NCBI RefSeq assembly: GCF_002868845.1
Contig: NZ_PKUB01000014.1
Location: 27,762-91,761, forward strand
Direction of reading: 5' to 3'
Origin: Desulfuromonas sp.
GTDB taxonomy: Bacteria; Desulfobacterota; Desulfuromonadia; Desulfuromonadales; BM501
DNA length: 64,000 bases
In this document: one piece after another, positions 26,151 through 36,609 of the stretch
Layout: the number at the start of each line of letters is the position of its first letter
Numbering within the stretch: the stretch's first letter is position 1
Made by a program: the position numbers and the translations under genes
Notes under the pieces: model-generated
What the model saw: only the letters and a program-made list of their open reading frames with translations
Told to the model about the DNA's origin: nothing
The model's database searches: none

Positions 26151-27659
26151 TCAACAATCAAGACCATATTTTTCGATCCAATTGTTGAGGGTTTGATAGT
26201 TTTTGAGCCCCAGCAAGGTTGCGGCTTTGCTCTTATTGCCGCCCGACTCTTTTAGGGCTCTTTGGATGTAATGTGAAGACAAAAAAGCCTGTAATTCCTG
26301 AAGTTTGAACCCCTCCCCCAAAGGTTTTTGCAGCATATCAGCATTCTGTTTCTGAGGGCTAGGAAGAAGTGCTTGGCGAACATCTTCTTCTTTTATCGTT
26401 TTGCCCTGACACCAGACGCAGATGCGCATAATTGTGTTAAACATCTCCCTTGCGTTTCCGGGCCAACCATGCCGAATCATAATATTTCTTGCATTTACAG
26501 AAAATTTCTTATGACTGTAGTCTGGACCGTCAGACAACTTCTTGTTGACCTGCCCCAGGATTGCATCCAGAAGAAGGCTGAGATCTCCATGCCTCTCCCT
26601 GAGCGGTGGAAGCCCGAGCACAATAACGGCTAGTCGATAAAAAAGATCTTCACGAAATCGCCCTACAGCAATCTCCGACAGGAGACTGCGATTGGTAGCA
26701 CCAATTATCCTGACGTCAATCGACCTCTCTTGCCCATCCCCAAGCCGCCTCAACATGCCGTCATTCAATACTCGAAGAATCTTCACCTGCGCATCAAGTG
26801 GCATTTCGCCTATTTCGTCCAGAAAAAGCGTGCCCCCGTTGGCCTGCTCAAAGTAACCAGCATGATCCCGGTGGGCCCCAGTAAAAGCCCCTTTCTTATG
26901 CCCAAAAAACTCTGACTCAAAAAGGTCTCGGGGGATCGCGCCGCAGTTGACTGCCACAAAACTCCCTGCAACGCGAGGACTCTCGTTGTGGATTGCCCTC
27001 GCGAAAAGCTCTTTTCCCGTCCCCGTTTCACCTTCAATCAGAACAGGAACATCTCTTCTTGCAGCCAACCTGGCCCGACTGACGATATCCTTCATATCGG
27101 CACACTGGTGAACAATGGCTTCAAAGGCTGGGCTTTCTGGCGGGAACCCCTCACTCAGTTGAACAAGGCGACTGTCAGCCCCCCTCGCCAAGTCCGGAAT
27201 AAACTCAGTAAAAATATTGAAAGGCATTTCGACCTGCTCCAGTCCACGCATGACCGAGGTCTGAATAAGCTCGGCGCCAGGAAAGGGGCCCTTGGCCAGG
27301 ATGATCCACGCCGCAGACATGGCTGGAGTCCCTGGACTCAGATGGAACACGGGCGTGCTCTTCTGCCGACTGGCCTTAAGTATCTTTTCAACATGGGCCT
27401 TTGCGGCGACGTAGATCGCCCCAAAATCAATCGGACTGGACAGTGTGACCGGGGTCACCAATATATCGCTCTGACATTTCCCCTTAAGCCATTCAACATA
27501 ACCATCTACATCTCGATCGGGTCCGTAGTTGTTCAACAAGGCGATTTCATGAAAATGCTCTGCGATAGCTGCGCCCGCTATGGGCCCAAGCCCCTCGCCG
27601 ACACCTCTCGCAGCATCAAAATCATGCCCCCCAATCCACGCAAACATAACTCTAGACAT
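26151..27659 (-). CDS. RtcR-like sigma-54-dependent transcriptional activator (CARF-like N-terminal domain + AAA+ + Fis-type HTH)
   Basis: N-terminus FAWIGGHDFDAARG ... VFHLSPGTPAMSAAWIILA parallels E. coli RtcR FGFVGTVLDYAGRG ... IHITTGTHVAQICWFLL. AAA+ domain: LIEGETGTGKELFA, GHKKGAFTGA (GAFTGA), LFLDEIGEM, FREDLFYRL. C-terminal HTH: AATLLGLKNYQTLNNWIEKYGL. Confidence 0.8.
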   Translation of the reverse strand: MSRVMFAWIGGHDFDAARGVGEGLGPIAGAAIAEHFHEIALLNNYGPDRDVDGYVEWLKGKCQSDILVTPVTLSSPIDFGAIYVAAKAHVEKILKASRQKSTPVFHLSPGTPAMSAAWIILAKGPFPGAELIQTSVMRGLEQVEMPFNIFTEFIPDLARGADSRLVQLSEGFPPESPAFEAIVHQCADMKDIVSRARLAARRDVPVLIEGETGTGKELFARAIHNESPRVAGSFVAVNCGAIPRDLFESEFFGHKKGAFTGAHRDHAGYFEQANGGTLFLDEIGEMPLDAQVKILRVLNDGMLRRLGDGQERSIDVRIIGATNRSLLSEIAVGRFREDLFYRLAVIVLGLPPLRERHGDLSLLLDAILGQVNKKLSDGPDYSHKKFSVNARNIMIRHGWPGNAREMFNTIMRICVWCQGKTIKEEDVRQALLPSPQKQNADMLQKPLGEGFKLQELQAFLSSHYIQRALKESGGNKSKAATLLGLKNYQTLNNWIEKYGLDC

Positions 27660-27688
27660 AGATGATCCCTTCCGATGTTTGCAGCAAG

Positions 27689-27718
27689 TATAAATAAATT
27701 TACAATTTTATAAATAAA
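27689..27718. promoter_or_regulatory. two TATAAATAAA direct repeats 20 bp apart in the divergent control region (candidate UAS/IHF-type site)
   Basis: Copies at 27689-27698 and 27709-27718, ~70-100 bp upstream of the sigma-54 promoter at 27789. A binding function is not demonstrable from sequence. Confidence 0.2.
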
Positions 27719-27788
27719 ATTCCATACAGAAAACTCAAAAAACAACCACAAGCACACATTCGCATTCAATAACAGATGGTTACAGTTT

Positions 27789-27804
27789 TGGCATTATGAT
27801 TGCT
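27789..27804 (+). promoter_or_regulatory. sigma-54 (-24/-12) promoter in front of the DUF2130 gene
   Basis: TGGCATtatgaTTGCT with correct GG-N10-GC spacing. Lies ~105 nt upstream of ATG 27910 and is divergent from the RtcR-like activator gene. Confidence 0.7.
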
Positions 27805-27909
27805 AAACAGAAAAATACCTTCAACAGTTGGAGGGGGGGGACTGCCGGAACCGCTCTTGAGTCCCAGCAGTCAAAACAATAATCCATATTTTTCATAGAG
27901 GAGATTGCC

Positions 27910-29148
27910 ATGAACCAAAACCAGCAAACGATTGAATGTCCAAAGTGCCATAACCAATTCAATATTGAAGATGTCATTCAGAATCGGATGGAGGAAGAGA
28001 TTGCCCAGCGAATTGCGGTGGCCAAGTCCGAGATGGAGCAACAGGCCGCACAAGAGCGGGAAGCCCTGAACAAACAAGAAGAAGACCTCGCCCGACGGCA
28101 ACGAGAGCAGGAAAAACAGGTCCGGGCCAAAATAGCCGAACGCGAACATCTATTACGAAAAGAACTTAAGACCGAATTTCAAAACGAGAATGCGACCGCA
28201 CTGCAGACGCTTCAAGAGGAACTTAAAGAGCGAACGCAAAAAATTCAACAGCTCCAGGACAAAGAACTGGAACTTGAGAAGCTCAAACGCAAAGACCGAG
28301 AGCGCGAGAAAGAATATGAAATTCGCTTTGAACGCGAGAAAAACCACTTTGCACAGCAGATAGAAGAACAGATCCGCCTTCAGGAAGGTGAAAAAATCCA
28401 ATTCAAGCTGGCGGAAAAAGACGAGCAGTTGAATGTTTTACGCAAGCAGTTAGACGAAATGAAGCGTAAGGCCGAGCAGGGATCTATGCAGATCCAGGGT
28501 GAAGTCCAAGAACTGGCCATCGAGGAAACCCTGCGCAACCTGTTCCTTCTGGACAACATACAGGAAGTCCCCAAAGGCTGCACAGGCGCCGATTCGATCC
28601 ACACCGTCCAGGATCGCAACTGTGATCCGATTGGCAAAATCATCTACGAAAGCAAGCGCACCAAGGCCTTCCAAAAGAACTGGATCGAAAAGCTCAAACA
28701 GGACCAACAAAGTGTCGGCGCCGACATTGCCGTTCTTGTCACGGAAGTCCTACCTGAAGGAGTAGAACGAATTGGCGAGATTAATGGTGTTTGGATTTGT
28801 GACTACCCGAGCATGAAGGGTCTGGCACTAGCTCTTCGGAGCAGTATCTGCCGTGTTGGCGAGGCCCAGAAAGCCCAGACGAACAAGGGCGACAAGATGG
28901 AGATCCTCTATGGTTACCTGACCGGAACCGAATTCAAGATGCAGATTGAGGCCATTGTCGAGGGGTTCAGCAACATGCAAGAAGGCATCGCAAAAGAGCG
29001 TCGCGCCATGGAAAAAATCTGGAAGGAGCGCGAAAAGCAACTGGACAAGGTCCTCAACAATGCCATCGGCTTTTACGGATCGGTGAAAGGAATCGCAGGA
29101 AGTGCAGTACCAGTTCTTCCGCTTCTTGAACTGGCAGAGGAGCACTAA
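27910..29148 (+). CDS. DUF2130-family protein (N-terminal Zn-ribbon, long coiled coil, C-terminal nuclease-like domain)
   Basis: GAGGAG RBS. N-terminal IECPKCHNQF, then a Glu/Lys/Gln-rich coiled coil. C-terminus GADSIHTV..GKIIYESKRTKAFQKNWIEKLKQDQ..ADIAVLVTEVLP..GVWIC is typical of DUF2130. Confidence 0.7.
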   Translation: MNQNQQTIECPKCHNQFNIEDVIQNRMEEEIAQRIAVAKSEMEQQAAQEREALNKQEEDLARRQREQEKQVRAKIAEREHLLRKELKTEFQNENATALQTLQEELKERTQKIQQLQDKELELEKLKRKDREREKEYEIRFEREKNHFAQQIEEQIRLQEGEKIQFKLAEKDEQLNVLRKQLDEMKRKAEQGSMQIQGEVQELAIEETLRNLFLLDNIQEVPKGCTGADSIHTVQDRNCDPIGKIIYESKRTKAFQKNWIEKLKQDQQSVGADIAVLVTEVLPEGVERIGEINGVWICDYPSMKGLALALRSSICRVGEAQKAQTNKGDKMEILYGYLTGTEFKMQIEAIVEGFSNMQEGIAKERRAMEKIWKEREKQLDKVLNNAIGFYGSVKGIAGSAVPVLPLLELAEEH

Positions 29149-29201
29149 GTTTCGGGGCTAATTCTTCATCGAACGAAGCGCCCTGATGTCTTGAATAGAA
29201 A

Positions 29202-29248
29202 AATGGCCATCCCGAACTCACGGGATGGCCATTTCCAACTTTATTTTT
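29202..29248 (+). terminator. rho-independent terminator after the DUF2130 gene
   Basis: 13-bp stem AATGGCCATCCCG / CGGGATGGCCATT with a 6-nt loop, followed by a T-rich tail (tccaacTTTATTTTT). Confidence 0.6.
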
Positions 29249-29267
29249 CATTTCCCGACTTTATTTT
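29235..29267 (+). repeat. tandem pair (20-nt period) of the CCAACTTTATTTT motif, left copy block
   Basis: CCAACTTTATTTTT at 29235-29248 and CCGACTTTATTTT at 29255-29267. The same motif pair recurs at 31356-31394. Confidence 0.8.
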
Positions 29268-29402
29268 CCAAATACAGTAAGTGCCTGAAAAAGAAAATGC
29301 CCCCCAACGTGCCTCTTGGCTTGATGGAGGCATTATGTTTTACTGACCAGGAAAATTTGTAAGAACTTTTATATTTTCCCATAACCTGATGACCTAAAAA
29401 GC

Positions 29403-29439
29403 AAAATGGCCAACTCTGAAATCCGAGCTGGCCATTTTT
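29403..29439 (+). terminator. second AAATGGCCA...TGGCCATTT hairpin (terminator-like or REP-like)
   Basis: AAAATGGCCAaCTC tgaaatcc GAGcTGGCCATTTT. Shares its arm sequence with the hairpin at 29202. Confidence 0.35.
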
Positions 29440-29456
29440 ATTAGGCGATCCCTAAC

Positions 29457-31236
29457 GAGTTTGTAGAAAAACCATCCCGGCAGAGGCCGTCTTATCCCTC
29501 CTCGGGAAAATTTGAAATTCACTGCGCGAAAACCACCTGTTCAACCCTGAGCACCTTATGGTTGATATCCCGCGAGTTTTTCCCGGGCGGTGCCCCTTTC
29601 AAGGCGCTTTTCGGCCCTTGCCTCCCCTTATGTCGCCCATCCGTATCGATGGATCTTGAAGATGTTGTGCAGCATCGTCATCAAGTTCCACTGACCGTTA
29701 ACCTTTGCCCTGCCCCGTAATGAAAAGCGCCTGAGGCCCAAGGTCTCGCGGATGTTGCCGAAGACCGGCTCGACGATTCCTAACCGCATGCTGTAGGTGT
29801 GGCGGCCCACGGCTGAATCGATCTTCTGCTTCATGCGCTCAATGGGTCCGGTCTTGCTCTTGGGCAGAGTGGCCAGCAGCACATTGACCTGCCGGGCGCC
29901 CTTCTGCTTCACCGAGCGCAGGCACTGGGACCGCAAGGGACAGTCATCGCAGTCGGCTTGTCGTCCCATAAACTGCATGAAGATGTGGTTGCCGATCTTG
30001 GCCCGTTCGCACTTGAGCCACATCGTCTTGCCCGCCGGGCAGGTACAGGTCTGCTCCTCGGTGTCGGCGTCAAAATCCTCGACGGTGAAACGCTTCTTCG
30101 GGGACTTCGGCTTGGCCGGCTCTTTGGCCTTGTGGCGATCCGCAGTCTGGAATCGAGGGTCGCGGGAACGGAAGGCATTGTCGGCGATGTAAGCGTCGAT
30201 CTTGTTCTCTTCGAGATGTTCCAGTGTCTTCTTGCTGTGATAGCCGCTATCGGCCAGCACCTTGGCCTCATCCAGCACGTCGTCTTCGCCGACGCGGTTG
30301 AGGTTCTCCCGCACCTCGTCGAGCATCGGCTCTAGCAGGCCGTGTTCCTGCCCCTGCCCGTAGGCCTCGGCAGCGACCACCACCTGATGCTTGCCATCGA
30401 CGGCAGCCACGCCGTTGTACCCCTGGATTACCCCGTGGCCGGTCTTCATCTTGGCGCTGTCGTTGTCGGTGATATTGCTCTTCACCGGCTTGCCGGAGAT
30501 GCCTGTGCGCTCATCGTTACAAGCCAGGAACTTTTTGATCTTGCCGCTGGCTTTGCGCAGTGTTGCGATCTGCTTCTCTTCACGCTGCCGGATCGAATCC
30601 TCCCGGGCGCCCTTGCGGTCTTCTTCCCGGTGCTTCTTCAGCATGTGGCCAACAGCCCGCTCGATCTTCGCGCTCTTCTTCTGCAACTCCTCTTTGGTTC
30701 CGCTCCATTCCTTGGAGGCGTTCGAGGGGAGCTTGCAGCCGTCAATGGCGAACATCTCCTTGCCGATCAGCCCCAAATTGTCGCAGACCATTAAAACCTG
30801 ATGGAAGAGTTGGGAAATCTCCTTGTGCGATGAGGAGATGAAATCGGCAATGGTGGTGAAGTGCGGTCGACTATCGGCGGAGATGGCCATGAAGACCACA
30901 TTCTCCTGGCACAACGCTTCGATCTTGCGACTGCTGCTGACGCCCCGGGAGTAGGCCAGCAGAACGATCTTGAGCAGAATCGCCGGATCGTAGGCCGGTC
31001 GCCCGTTGTCGTCATTGTTGAAGCGATGATGAAAGATAGTCAGGTCGAGTTCGTGATCGACCAGGTAGCTAACAGAGTGTTCAAAGGTGCCGGGCAGAAT
31101 CTGCTGATCGAATGCTACCGGAACCATGACCATTTGGTTGTAGTCGTAGTTTTTGAACTTGGGCATGTCGTGACCTCTCGTTTAGATCGAAAAACCACGA
31201 CGATAATAGCATTTTTAAGGGTTTTTCTACAGCCTC
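29457..31236 (-). mobile_element. IS1182-family insertion sequence (approximate ends)
   Basis: Single transposase ORF flanked by the inverted repeat GAGttTGTAGAAAAACC (29457-29473) / GGTTTTTCTACAgcCTC (31220-31236). The 12-bp core is perfect. Size is ~1.8 kb. Confidence 0.65.
29628..31166 (-). CDS. IS1182-family (IS5-related DDE) transposase
   Basis: N-terminal DUF772-type motif GRPAYDPAILLKIVLLAYSRGVSSSRKIE. The C-terminal DDE_Tnp region ends ...HNIFKIHRYG. Confidence 0.75.
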   Translation of the reverse strand: MPKFKNYDYNQMVMVPVAFDQQILPGTFEHSVSYLVDHELDLTIFHHRFNNDDNGRPAYDPAILLKIVLLAYSRGVSSSRKIEALCQENVVFMAISADSRPHFTTIADFISSSHKEISQLFHQVLMVCDNLGLIGKEMFAIDGCKLPSNASKEWSGTKEELQKKSAKIERAVGHMLKKHREEDRKGAREDSIRQREEKQIATLRKASGKIKKFLACNDERTGISGKPVKSNITDNDSAKMKTGHGVIQGYNGVAAVDGKHQVVVAAEAYGQGQEHGLLEPMLDEVRENLNRVGEDDVLDEAKVLADSGYHSKKTLEHLEENKIDAYIADNAFRSRDPRFQTADRHKAKEPAKPKSPKKRFTVEDFDADTEEQTCTCPAGKTMWLKCERAKIGNHIFMQFMGRQADCDDCPLRSQCLRSVKQKGARQVNVLLATLPKSKTGPIERMKQKIDSAVGRHTYSMRLGIVEPVFGNIRETLGLRRFSLRGRAKVNGQWNLMTMLHNIFKIHRYGWAT

Positions 31237-31321
31237 AACATTCATCAACTGATCAGAAAATCATGTAAGAACCTTATTGCTTCCCCACACCAACACATCT
31301 CCCACTAAAACACTCAAGAAC

Positions 31322-31348
31322 AAAAAACCCTCCCTGGAAAGGGGAGGG
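31322..31348 (-). terminator. rho-independent terminator downstream of glmS
   Basis: Minus strand reads CCCTCCC ctttcca GGGAGGG followed by TTTTTT. Confidence 0.6.
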
Positions 31349-31355
31349 CTTTTGC

Positions 31356-31394
31356 GGTTGCCAACTTTATTTTTAGGTTGCCAACTTTATTTTA
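31356..31394 (+). repeat. tandem 20-nt repeat GGTTGCCAACTTTATTTT(T)A x2, 33 nt from the glmS stop
   Basis: Copies at 31356-31375 and 31376-31394. They share the CCAACTTTATTTT core with 29235-29267. Confidence 0.85.
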
Positions 31395-31426
31395 AATAAA
31401 CACGGAACCGTTTCGTCCGGTGGAGG

Positions 31427-33256
<1,830 letters not shown>

Positions 33257-33341
33257 AGTCAAAATCTCCAGCAAGGGAGTCAAGGAGTGAAAATAGTGAA
33301 GGAGAAAACCGTACCCGGTCTCTCAAACTCTCTCTAGCCCA

Positions 33342-34742
33342 CTATTTCGTCGTCTTACTCTTTCCGCTTTTCTTCTTCCGCAAAGCCCATCCCTCGATGA
33401 TCTTCTGCTCGGCGCGGGAGAGGGCCAGGGAGTCGGGAGGGACGTCTTTGGTGATGGTCGAGCCGGCCCCGATGAGACTGCCCCGACCGATGCGCACCGG
33501 GGCGACGAACTGGGTGTCGCTGCCGACGAAGACGCCGTCCTCGATGACCGTCTTGTGTTTGGCGACGCCATCGTAGTTGCAGGTAATGGTGCCGCAGCCG
33601 ATGTTGACGTCGGCGCCGACCTCGGCGTCGCCGATATAGGTGAGGTGACTGGCCTTGGAACCCTCCCCGATCACCGCCTTTTTGGTCTCGACGAAGTTGC
33701 CGATCTTGTTGCCCCCGGTCAGCACCGTCCCGGGCCGCAGGTGGGCCATGGGGCCGATGTCGGTGCCCGCGCCGATCTGCGATTCGCTGAGGACCGAGCC
33801 GGCCTTGATGTGGACCTCGTCGCCGAGGACGCAGTCGGTCACCACCGCTCCGGGGTCGATCTCGCAGAAGCGGCCGATGCGGGTGGCGCCCCGCAGGTGG
33901 GCTCCGGGGTGGACGATGGTGTCCCGGCCGATCTCCACCCCCGCCTCGATGTAGGTCGCCTCGGGGTCGACGATGGTGACGCCGCCCCGCATCAGCTCCT
34001 CGTTGATGCGCCGGCGCATGAGGCGGTCGGCCCGGGCCAGCTGCACCCGGTCGTTGATCCCCATGATCTCCACGGCATCGGCCGCCGCCAGGGCGCGGAC
34101 CGCTTCTCCCGCCGAGCGCGTCACCTCGAGCACATCGGTAAGGTAGTACTCGCCCTGGGCGTTGTCGCTGCCGACCCGGCGCAGGGCGTCGAAGACCCGC
34201 GGCGCCTCGAAGGCGTAGATCCCGGTGTTGATCTCGTGAATAGTCTTCTCTTTCGGGGTGGCGTCCTTCTCCTCGACGATACGCAGCACCTGGTCGCCGT
34301 CCCGTACGATGCGCCCGTAGCCGTGAGGTTCGGGAACCTCGGCGGTGAGAACGGTTACCGCCGCCCCCTGACTCCGGTGGTAGGCCAGGAGGCGCTCCAG
34401 GGTCTGGCGGCGCAGCAGGGGCACGTCCCCGCACAGCAACAGCAGGGTTCCGGCGAAACCGTCGAGGGCCTGCTCGGCGCAGAGCAGGGCGTGGCCGGTA
34501 CCGAGCTGCTCGGCCTGCAGGGCGAACCGCACATCTTCGCCGGCCAAGGCCGACTGCACCTCTTCGGCGCCGTGGCCGACCACCAGAACCGCCGGGTCGC
34601 AACACAGCGACCGGGCCAACTCCACGGGGTAGCGGACCATCGGCCGCCCCGCCACCGGATGGAGCACCTTGGAACGCCCGGAACGCATCCGCGTTCCCTT
34701 CCCCGCGGCCAGGACGACCGCTGCCAAATTCTGCTCGTTCAT
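33342..34742 (-). CDS. glmU: bifunctional UDP-N-acetylglucosamine pyrophosphorylase / GlcN-1-P acetyltransferase
   Basis: AAVVLAAGKGTRM near the N-terminus, with left-handed beta-helix hexapeptide repeats in the C-terminal half. Start trimmed to MNEQNL. Confidence 0.95.
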   Translation of the reverse strand: MNEQNLAAVVLAAGKGTRMRSGRSKVLHPVAGRPMVRYPVELARSLCCDPAVLVVGHGAEEVQSALAGEDVRFALQAEQLGTGHALLCAEQALDGFAGTLLLLCGDVPLLRRQTLERLLAYHRSQGAAVTVLTAEVPEPHGYGRIVRDGDQVLRIVEEKDATPKEKTIHEINTGIYAFEAPRVFDALRRVGSDNAQGEYYLTDVLEVTRSAGEAVRALAAADAVEIMGINDRVQLARADRLMRRRINEELMRGGVTIVDPEATYIEAGVEIGRDTIVHPGAHLRGATRIGRFCEIDPGAVVTDCVLGDEVHIKAGSVLSESQIGAGTDIGPMAHLRPGTVLTGGNKIGNFVETKKAVIGEGSKASHLTYIGDAEVGADVNIGCGTITCNYDGVAKHKTVIEDGVFVGSDTQFVAPVRIGRGSLIGAGSTITKDVPPDSLALSRAEQKIIEGWALRKKKSGKSKTTK

Positions 34743-34881
34743 CAATCCCCTCCGCAACAATAGCTTTTGAAGTGACAAAGTATACGAAAGCCCGACGGGC
34801 AGTCAAGGCATGGTTGGGTTAAGTCCCCCGAATCAGGGCTTTTCGCTTTGCAGGGAACGCCAACTTCAGTATAGTTGGGGC

Positions 34882-35430
34882 ATGCCGGACCAAACGAGAA
34901 ACGAACGCGACCGCATCGCCCGGGACCTGGCCGAAATCGAGCACAGTATGAAGACTCTGGTTATCCTGTACGACCAGTACTTCAACGGGGTGGAAAAGCG
35001 CGAGCCGATGAAAGACCGCGAGACCCTGGCGAAACGACTGCGCCGCTTCGCCAACCGCCGCATCATGCAGACCGACCTGCGCTTCAAGTACCAGAACCTG
35101 GCAACCCGATACCACAGTTACGCCGGCTACTGGGACCGCATCCTGCGCCAGATGGACGAGGGGCGCTTCGTCCGCCCCGGCTCCCGAAGGGGCGGGGCTC
35201 GGCAAGGGGCGCCGCCTCCCGAGTCGGAATTCGACGGCCTTTACCGGGACTATCTCGAGGCCCACCGCAGCTGCCAGGTTGCCGGGCCGACGCCGAGCCG
35301 CGAACAGATCGCGGCGTTCCTGGAGCAGCAGAAGGGAAAGATCCGCGAGCAGTTCGGAGAACGGGACGTGGCCTTCCGGATCGTCACCGAGGCGGGCCGT
35401 CCGAAAATCAAAGTCAGGGTCAAGAAATAA
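34882..35430 (+). CDS. hypothetical protein
   Basis: ORF with non-degenerate composition, starting MPDQTRNERD. No recognised motif. Confidence 0.4.
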   Translation: MPDQTRNERDRIARDLAEIEHSMKTLVILYDQYFNGVEKREPMKDRETLAKRLRRFANRRIMQTDLRFKYQNLATRYHSYAGYWDRILRQMDEGRFVRPGSRRGGARQGAPPPESEFDGLYRDYLEAHRSCQVAGPTPSREQIAAFLEQQKGKIREQFGERDVAFRIVTEAGRPKIKVRVKK

Positions 35431-35462
35431 GCGCGGGAACGAGGCACTTGCAGAGGGAAGGG

Positions 35463-36590
35463 ATGACCCAAAGCGAAGGAAAAACGGCCCTCGTTCTGGC
35501 GGGCGGAGGGATCATGGGGGCGGCCTACGAAATCGGCTGTTTGACCGCCCTCGAGCGCCTCTTCGCGCCGGGCTTCTCCACCGGTCGGTTCGACATGTTC
35601 GTCGGGGTCAGCGCCGGGGCGGTCATCGCCGCCCTGCTCGCCAACCGCATCCCCCCCTCCCAGTTGTTCGAGGCCATTGCGCGGGAAGAGCGCAGCGTCT
35701 TCAATTTCCGCCGCTCCGATATCTACCGCATCGATCTCTGGGAGGTCCTCGGCTGCTGCGGCCGACTGGCAATCAACCTGCCGCGCATTCTCTGGCACTT
35801 CCACAGCAACCGCCTGCGGCTCTCCGGCTCCGACCTGTTCCACGTCCTCCAGGAGCAGTTCCCCGCCGGGCTCTTCTCCCTCGGCCCGATGCAGAACTAT
35901 CTCTGCCACTCCTTCCGCACGGAGGGGATTCGAGACGCCTTCCACCTCATCGACCCGGAGCTCTACATCCCCGCCTACGACCTGGACCGGGGAGAACGGG
36001 TGGTCTTCGGCAGCGAGGGTTTCCGGGACGTCCACATCTGCCAGGCGATCACCGCCTCCAGCGCCATCCCCTTCTTCTTCCGCCCCCACAAGGTCGGGGA
36101 GCACTACTACCTGGACGGCTCGACGGGCCGGGTCACCCACCTGGACGTGGCCCTGGAGCAGGGGGCCAAGCTCATCGTCGTCTTCAACCCCCGGGTGCCG
36201 ATGGCCAACGACATGGAGCGGGCCTGCCTGCCCTCCCTCTCCCTCGGGAAATGCTCCAGCATCGCCGACCTCGGCATCACCTTCGCCTGGGAGCAGGCCC
36301 GCCGCATCGAAAACAAGGAAAAGCTGGACCTGGCCCTGGCGGGCTACCGCCGGGAGCACCCCGAGGTGGACATCCTCCTCATCGAGCCGCCCCAGGAAGA
36401 GTCGCTCCTCTTTTTCCAGAGCCCCATGAGCCACACCGCCCGTCACCACGTCATGAATCACGGCTATCACCTCACCCTGGGGCATCTGCGCGACCTCTAC
36501 GGGGAATTTCGGCAGGTCTTTGCCCGGCACGGCATCCCGACCACCGACGCCCACCTGGACGCCGCCCCCCCCGCCGAGGTGGCCACCTGA
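35463..36590 (+). CDS. patatin-like phospholipase
   Basis: ALVLAGGGIMGAAYEIG (GGGxxG), GVSAGA (GxSxG) and a DGS/DGG-type aspartate motif. Start trimmed from the long track ORF. Confidence 0.8.
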   Translation: MTQSEGKTALVLAGGGIMGAAYEIGCLTALERLFAPGFSTGRFDMFVGVSAGAVIAALLANRIPPSQLFEAIAREERSVFNFRRSDIYRIDLWEVLGCCGRLAINLPRILWHFHSNRLRLSGSDLFHVLQEQFPAGLFSLGPMQNYLCHSFRTEGIRDAFHLIDPELYIPAYDLDRGERVVFGSEGFRDVHICQAITASSAIPFFFRPHKVGEHYYLDGSTGRVTHLDVALEQGAKLIVVFNPRVPMANDMERACLPSLSLGKCSSIADLGITFAWEQARRIENKEKLDLALAGYRREHPEVDILLIEPPQEESLLFFQSPMSHTARHHVMNHGYHLTLGHLRDLYGEFRQVFARHGIPTTDAHLDAAPPAEVAT

Positions 36591-36609
36591 ACCGCAGGGA
36601 AACCGACTT

